A stretch of 52,898 nt of DNA from an uncultured Eubacteriales bacterium (lineage in GTDB: Bacteria; Bacillota_I; Bacilli_A; RF39; UBA660), in NCBI GenBank assembly GCA_900319955.1, contig ONQM01000015.1:1-52898 (forward strand), given 5' to 3'. Made by a program: the position numbers and the translations under genes. Shown here piece after piece: positions 48,433 to 52,898 of the stretch (position 1 is the first letter of the stretch; each line of letters begins with the position of its first letter). The notes beneath the pieces were generated by a model. The model did not search any database, had not been told where the DNA came from, and was given only the letters and a program-made list of their open reading frames with translations.

Positions 48433-48461
48433 ATTATATTATTAATATAATCTTTTTTCAA
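48433..48461 (-). promoter_or_regulatory. sigmaA-type promoter of essC operon
   Basis: On the minus strand: TTGAAA (48461-48456), 17 nt, then TATAAT (48438-48433). A GGGGTGA Shine-Dalgarno precedes the ATG at 48371. Confidence 0.65.
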
Positions 48462-48534
48462 GATAAACTTAAAACAAAAAAGAAAATATAAAAAGCAAAT
48501 TAAAAACTTTGACACTTGTAAATAATAAATGCTC

Positions 48535-48566
48535 GCAAAGCATTGAAAAATAAGGATAAAATAATA
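48535..48566 (+). repeat. copy 2 of the 32-nt intergenic motif (upstream flank of T7SS module)
   Basis: GCAAAGCATTGAAAAATAAGGATAAAATAATA. Confidence 0.7.
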
Positions 48567-48599
48567 CTTTTATATCATCAACTGTCAAAGATTAAAATC

Positions 48600-48621
48600 A
48601 AAAAAAAAGACATAAAGTCTT
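48600..48621 (-). terminator. rho-independent terminator
   Basis: AAGAC..GTCTT hairpin followed by T9 on the minus strand, directly after the stop at 48624. Confidence 0.55.
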
Positions 48622-48623
48622 AA

Positions 48624-48923
48624 TTATTTATCCTTATTATTTCTTAAATCATCAAAAGAACAAAGCTTACCTTCTAATGTCTTATAAATAGTATCCGCTC
48701 CAAGAAAACTAAATAGCCCAACCCATAAACTTTCAGGAAACTTAACACTAGAAAAACTCTTACAAAATATAAGCCCAACAATCATATTAACAAGTAAATT
48801 ATAAAACATTAAATATTTAGATGATTTAAAAAACTTCTTAGTCTTCTGAACAAAAGCACAAGTAACTGCAGAAAGAGCAACTGAAGTAATAAGAAGTTCT
48901 TGCAATAAATTTAATTTCAACAT
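48624..48923 (-). CDS. small three-TM membrane protein (holin-like topology)
   Basis: About 99 aa from the internal ATG at 48923 (MLKLNLLQELLITSVALSAV..). The longer track ORF would overlap the rpsI 3' end. Confidence 0.45.
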   Translation of the reverse strand: MLKLNLLQELLITSVALSAVTCAFVQKTKKFFKSSKYLMFYNLLVNMIVGLIFCKSFSSVKFPESLWVGLFSFLGADTIYKTLEGKLCSFDDLRNNKDK

Positions 48924-49014
48924 AATATCACTTAATAAAATATATGCTAAAAATTTAAAAAAGTTACAAAAAATCTTGAAAGAATAAACTTCCAAGATAT
49001 AAAGAAACAATATA

Positions 49015-49437
49015 TTAACGTTTTGAGAACTGTGGTGCTCTTCTTGCTTTCTTAAGACCAGGTTTCTTACGTTCTTTCTTACGTGGATCACGAGTAACAA
49101 AACCTGCAGCTTTTAAAATCTTTCTAAAACTATTTTCTGAATCAGCTGGTGTAGTTTTATCATAATCAAGTAATGCTCTAGTAATACCTAAACGAATAGC
49201 TCCTGTTTGACCGGAATATCCGCCGCCTTTAACAACAGCATTAACATCAAACATTTCATTAGTTTTAGTTGCAACTAATGGTTGACTTAAATCCATTACT
49301 TCGATATCAGATGGAAAATATTCTTTAACATCTTTTCCATTAACTGTTATCTTACCTTTACCAGGTGTTAAAGTAACTTTAGCTATACTTGTTTTTCTTC
49401 TACCAGTTCCATAGTATTTACTTTCTTCTTTTGCCAT
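49015..49437 (-). CDS. rpsI: 30S ribosomal protein S9
   Basis: 140 aa ending ..[14 protein letters not shown]. Confidence 0.95.
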   Translation of the reverse strand: MAKEESKYYGTGRRKTSIAKVTLTPGKGKITVNGKDVKEYFPSDIEVMDLSQPLVATKTNEMFDVNAVVKGGGYSGQTGAIRLGITRALLDYDKTTPADSENSFRKILKAAGFVTRDPRKKERKKPGLKKARRAPQFSKR

Positions 49438-49868
49438 TATTTAACCTCCATAACTTCTGGTTTTTGTGCTTCATGCTTATGTTCAGGTCCAGCATATACA
49501 AATAACTTTCTATACATACTCCTACCTAAACGATTCTTAGGAAGCATACCTCTTACAGCACGTCTTACCATTTCTTCAGGATATCTTTCTTGCATTTCTC
49601 TTGCAGTTCTTTCTCTTAATCCTCCTGGATATTGTGAATGATTGTAATAGATTTTCTTATCTAATTTGTTACCAGTTAAAAGTGCTTTTTCAGCATTAAC
49701 TATAATAACATAATCACCACAATCAATATGAGGTGTATAAGTAGGTTTATTCTTACCTCTTAATACACTAGCAGCTTTGCTAGCAACACGTCCTAGTGGT
49801 TTACCTTCAGCATCGATAACATACCACTTACGTTCTACTGTTTCTTTTTTTTGCATATAACTTGTCAT
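49437..49868 (-). CDS. rplM: 50S ribosomal protein L13
   Basis: 143 aa starting ..[15 protein letters not shown].. Confidence 0.95.
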   Translation of the reverse strand: MTSYMQKKETVERKWYVIDAEGKPLGRVASKAASVLRGKNKPTYTPHIDCGDYVIIVNAEKALLTGNKLDKKIYYNHSQYPGGLRERTAREMQERYPEEMVRRAVRGMLPKNRLGRSMYRKLFVYAGPEHKHEAQKPEVMEVK

Positions 49869-49945
49869 AATTTTTTCTCCTTTTCAACTTAACCTTCGCA
49901 TCCCATTACGAAAGTTTGTGGGGATAATTAAATGTACCGATTAAA

Positions 49946-49974
49946 ATTATACTAAATAATCCCTTTAAAATCAA
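49946..49974 (-). promoter_or_regulatory. sigmaA-type promoter of rplM-rpsI
   Basis: On the minus strand: TTGATT (49974-49969), 17 nt, then TATAAT (49951-49946). The leader is about 75 nt. Confidence 0.6.
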
Positions 49975-49979
49975 GCTTT

Positions 49980-50732
49980 TTAGCCTATTTTCTCGAAAGA
50001 ATTGTCCTTAAACTCAATATTTTCAAGATAAAGTCCTTCTGCTTTTGCAGTAAGTCCTCCACACCTTACTTTGCTATCAAGAATTTCTTTTACTCTTATA
50101 GGTTTATCTTTACCCTGACCAACTCTTAAAAGTGCTCCAACTAAGTTTCTAACCTCATATCTCATAAAGCCATTTCCAGTAAAAATAAATATTAAAGTGT
50201 CACCTTTTCTCTCAATACTAGCATCACTAATTACCCTAACACAATTATCTTTATCCACATTATCTGTTACAAAAGCTCGAAAATCATGCTCTCCAATAAA
50301 ATATTTAATAGCATCAGCAATTGCTTCAACATCAAGTTTGTAACAATATTGATAAACATAGTTTCTTTTTATGGGATCATACTCTCCCATATTTAAATAA
50401 TACTTATAAGTTTTTTCTTTAACCTCGTATCTAGCATTAAAATCATCTCTAACATTATAAACATCTATTACATGAATGTCTTCTGGAAGATTACTATTTA
50501 ATGCTCTTTTAATTCCTTTTAATGTAGCATTAATACTTAAATCAAAATTAGCGTACTGGCACTTAGCATGAACACCCTTATCAGTTCTACCTGTTGCATT
50601 TATTTTAACAGGACTATTATTTAACTTAGATGCGGCATTCTCCAAACATCCTTCAACAGTTCTTAGTCCCTTTTGTTTTTGAAATCCAGAAAAAGAACTC
50701 CCATCATAAGAAAACTTAATTAAATAGCGCAT
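49980..50732 (-). CDS. truA: tRNA pseudouridine(38-40) synthase TruA
   Basis: 250 aa with ..YDGSSFSGFQKQ.. and ..GRTDKGVHA.. Confidence 0.93.
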   Translation of the reverse strand: MRYLIKFSYDGSSFSGFQKQKGLRTVEGCLENAASKLNNSPVKINATGRTDKGVHAKCQYANFDLSINATLKGIKRALNSNLPEDIHVIDVYNVRDDFNARYEVKEKTYKYYLNMGEYDPIKRNYVYQYCYKLDVEAIADAIKYFIGEHDFRAFVTDNVDKDNCVRVISDASIERKGDTLIFIFTGNGFMRYEVRNLVGALLRVGQGKDKPIRVKEILDSKVRCGGLTAKAEGLYLENIEFKDNSFEKIG

Positions 50733-50741
50733 AAAATCCTC

Positions 50742-51482
50742 CTATACATGTTTATATATATCTTTGATAATATCTCTAACATCTCTATGATAATCAATAC
50801 CAGCTCCCATCTCTCTAGCTTTATAAGTAAAGAGTACTGTATCAGGAACCTCTATATTATTTTGAATAAGAAGTGGAGCATCCTGAAATACTTCTTTAGT
50901 ATCTCCTTCTTTAAAATAATTAGAAGTAATAATTATAGAATAAGATGCATACTTATATAACTTTTCCACATCTCTTGTTAATAAAATAATTCCAATATTA
51001 TATTTATCATTTAATTCCATTAAAAGTCTATAAATCTTTTTTTCAAGTTTAACATCAAAAAAATCAAAATAATTTACAAAAATTAACTCTTTAGGATTAT
51101 TTAGTAGAGAAAGAGCAAGAGATGCTAAACATCTTTCTGTGCTTGATAAACTAGATATACTTTTATGAAGAACATTCTCTTTTAATGAAACAATTTTTAA
51201 AGATCCAAGTATCTTTTTATAAGGATCCTTTAAATTTAAATTATTAACTTCTATATAATAATTCATATATTCTTCTAAAGTATTAAATAAAGATAAATCT
51301 ATATCATTCTTAATAATAGAAATATCCTTAAGAGAATTAACCCTATTTTTCTTAGTAACCCTAACTCCATTAATAGAATACACTTTAAAAGATGAAAAAA
51401 AATTACTATCAGAATAAATACCACTTATCACTCCATCAGGGACTTTAAATTTTTGACTACTATTTTTAAAAACTATTTCCAT
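50742..51482 (-). CDS. degenerate ABC ATPase-like protein in the EcfA2 position
   Basis: 246 aa. It has a signature-like LSSTERCLASLALSLL. There is no Walker A (..GIYSDSNFFSS..) and Walker B is degenerate (LIFVNYFDFFD). Confidence 0.6.
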   Translation of the reverse strand: MEIVFKNSSQKFKVPDGVISGIYSDSNFFSSFKVYSINGVRVTKKNRVNSLKDISIIKNDIDLSLFNTLEEYMNYYIEVNNLNLKDPYKKILGSLKIVSLKENVLHKSISSLSSTERCLASLALSLLNNPKELIFVNYFDFFDVKLEKKIYRLLMELNDKYNIGIILLTRDVEKLYKYASYSIIITSNYFKEGDTKEVFQDAPLLIQNNIEVPDTVLFTYKAREMGAGIDYHRDVRDIIKDIYKHV

Positions 51483-52282
51483 AAAGCATTAACCATCCTA
51501 TCAATATCATCAATCATATCACCAATTAAATTATAATCTATAAGTTTATCAGATAAATCATAAATAAAAGGTAGATCTAAAGAACATTTGTTAAGCTTAT
51601 TATCTTCCCTTAATATTTTATCTCTTTCTCCATTTAATACAATCTCACCTTTATAAAGAACATAAATATAATCTGTATATGTAATAGGTAAAAGATTAGA
51701 AGAAGAAATAACTATTGTAACACCATATTCTTTATTTAAAATATTAAAAATATTTTCAAAAGCTTTTCTTTCTTTTTTTGTATTAAAAGTACATAAATTA
51801 TCAATTAAAAGGCACTTAGGATCACTAATTAAAGATAGACCTACTAATACCTTATCCTTATTAAATTTATTTAAAGAATTAAAATCACAAAGGGTAACGT
51901 CTGCTATATCACATATATTAATAATATCTTTATACTTCTTAGTTATGTCTTCATTTTTAACTTTATTTTTTAAATTTTTAAGAAATATATCTTCAACATT
52001 ACCATAAAAAATAACTTTACTATTTAAATCAATATACTTAATATTATCAAATAAAACATTTCTATTTAATGAACTATACTCTTTACCAGAATATTTAATA
52101 ACAACATTTGTACTTATAAGTCCACCAATTATTTTTAAAAGCGTAGACTTACCAGAAAGAGATGGACCAGCAATTAAATTATAAGAGCCATCATATATCT
52201 TAATACTTAAATTCTTAAATAATGTACTATAATCTAAATTGTCGATTTCAATTAAAGTATTTTTTTTAGACATACTACCCAC
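51473..52282 (-). CDS. degenerate ABC ATPase-like protein in the EcfA1 position
   Basis: 269 aa. Walker A GPSLSGKST is intact. The signature is replaced (LNKFNKDKV). Walker B is LLIDN, so the catalytic Glu is lost. Confidence 0.65.
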   Translation of the reverse strand: MGSMSKKNTLIEIDNLDYSTLFKNLSIKIYDGSYNLIAGPSLSGKSTLLKIIGGLISTNVVIKYSGKEYSSLNRNVLFDNIKYIDLNSKVIFYGNVEDIFLKNLKNKVKNEDITKKYKDIINICDIADVTLCDFNSLNKFNKDKVLVGLSLISDPKCLLIDNLCTFNTKKERKAFENIFNILNKEYGVTIVISSSNLLPITYTDYIYVLYKGEIVLNGERDKILREDNKLNKCSLDLPFIYDLSDKLIDYNLIGDMIDDIDRMVNALWK

Positions 52283-52335
52283 CTCGTCAATTTAATATTA
52301 TAAAGTATTTTCCTTATAAAGAAAAGAAAAAAATC

Positions 52336-52360
52336 AAAAAAAAGATCTCAAATGAGACCT
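52336..52360 (-). terminator. rho-independent terminator of tuf
   Basis: AGGTCTCA..TGAGATCT (one G-U pair) followed by T8 on the minus strand. Confidence 0.65.
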
Positions 52361-52381
52361 TTTTAATATGCAATAATTTTA

Positions 52382-52898
52382 TTACTTAATAATTTCAGTA
52401 ACAACACCAGCACCAACAGTATGTCCGCCCTCACGAATAGAGAACTTAGTACCATTTTCTAGTGCGATTGGATGTATTAACTCAACTTCAAAGTTAACAT
52501 TATCACCAGGCATTACCATTTCAGTACCTTCAGGTAAATCAATTACACCAGTAATATCAGTAGTTCTGAAATAGAATTGTGGACGATAATTTGTGAAGAA
52601 TGGAGTATGACGTCCGCCTTCTTCTTTAGTTAATACATAAACTGATGCTTTGAACTTAGTATGTGGAGTAACTGATCCAGGTTTAGCTAGAACTTGTCCT
52701 CTTTCTACTTGTTCACGAGAGATACCACGAAGAAGAACTCCTGCATTATCTCCAGCTTCAGCATAGTCTAGTTGTTTTCTAAACATCTCAATTCCAGTTG
52801 CAACTGTCTTTTGAGTAGGTTTAATACCAACAATTTCAACTTCATCATTAAGATTTAATTTACCACGTTCAACACGTCCTGTAACAACAGTACCACGA
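52382..52898 (-). CDS. tuf: elongation factor Tu, C-terminal part (5' end outside window)
   Basis: The frame is open to the window edge. It reads ..[59 protein letters not shown].. to ..[10 protein letters not shown]. Confidence 0.95.
   Translation of the reverse strand, partial: RGTVVTGRVERGKLNLNDEVEIVGIKPTQKTVATGIEMFRKQLDYAEAGDNAGVLLRGISREQVERGQVLAKPGSVTPHTKFKASVYVLTKEEGGRHTPFFTNYRPQFYFRTTDITGVIDLPEGTEMVMPGDNVNFEVELIHPIALENGTKFSIREGGHTVGAGVVTEIIK

Noticed and set aside
48924-49100. N-terminal 59 codons of track ORF 48624-49100
   Set aside because: This extension overlaps the conserved 3' end of rpsI in another frame. Only the part from the ATG at 48923 (three TM helices) is plausible.
1-52898. 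CRISPR arrays, tRNA or rRNA genes, transposases or IS elements, integrases, prophage structural genes
   Set aside because: I saw no regularly spaced repeat-spacer arrays, no cloverleaf-like or rRNA-like GC-rich stretches, and no ORF with transposase or integrase motifs. The only GC-rich stretch is the DGR template block.

Overview
This is a 52.9-kb window of about 27% G+C from a low-GC Firmicute. The organism looks like a spore-forming Erysipelotrichia or Clostridia relative, because spoIVA and a spoVIF-like gene are present. TGA behaves as a stop codon, so the standard code applies. Nearly all genes are on the minus strand.

Gene content by region:
- 1-11.7 kb: the S10-spc ribosomal cluster, running rpsJ to rplO, then secY, adk, map and infA.
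- 11.8-23.7 kb: housekeeping genes (dinB, ezrA, rpsD, tyrS with a T-box leader, trmB and others).
- 23.7-27.2 kb: a diversity-generating retroelement (DGR). It contains a reverse transcriptase with the IGxxxSQ and YMDD motifs, an Avd-like gene, a 55% G+C template-repeat-like block rich in AAY codons, and a secreted target gene.
- 27.3-34.4 kb: spoIVA, engB, nrnA, ackA and thiI.
- 34.4-48.6 kb: an accessory stretch. It holds a lepA remnant, three paralogous AAA/DUF4143-type ATPases with a 4 x 23-bp tandem repeat, a glycine-rich secreted protein with a divergent XRE regulator, htrA, an Abi_2-like gene, and a stripped-down type VII secretion module (EssC, a YukD-like protein and three tiny helical proteins) bracketed by about 32-nt direct repeats.
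- 48.6-52.9 kb: rpsI, rplM, truA, two degenerate EcfA-like ATPases with no ecfT, and the 3' part of tuf.

Most notable observations:
- The DGR target retains only an 18-nt TR-matching end, and all four differences fall at TR adenines. Its reading frame breaks exactly there, as if the variable-repeat body were missing.
- An A17/T17 tract forms the putative promoter spacer of the DGR target gene.
- A split MutS-domain-I-like gene is translationally coupled to the RT.
- Several essential ribosomal genes carry lesions: a 7-nt tandem duplication in rplD, an internal deletion of about 100 nt in rpsJ, and rpsE without a start codon. These are either assembly artefacts or need explanation.

Coordinates not anchored by the ORF track should be read as +/-2 nt. 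No tRNA, rRNA, CRISPR array or transposase was seen.
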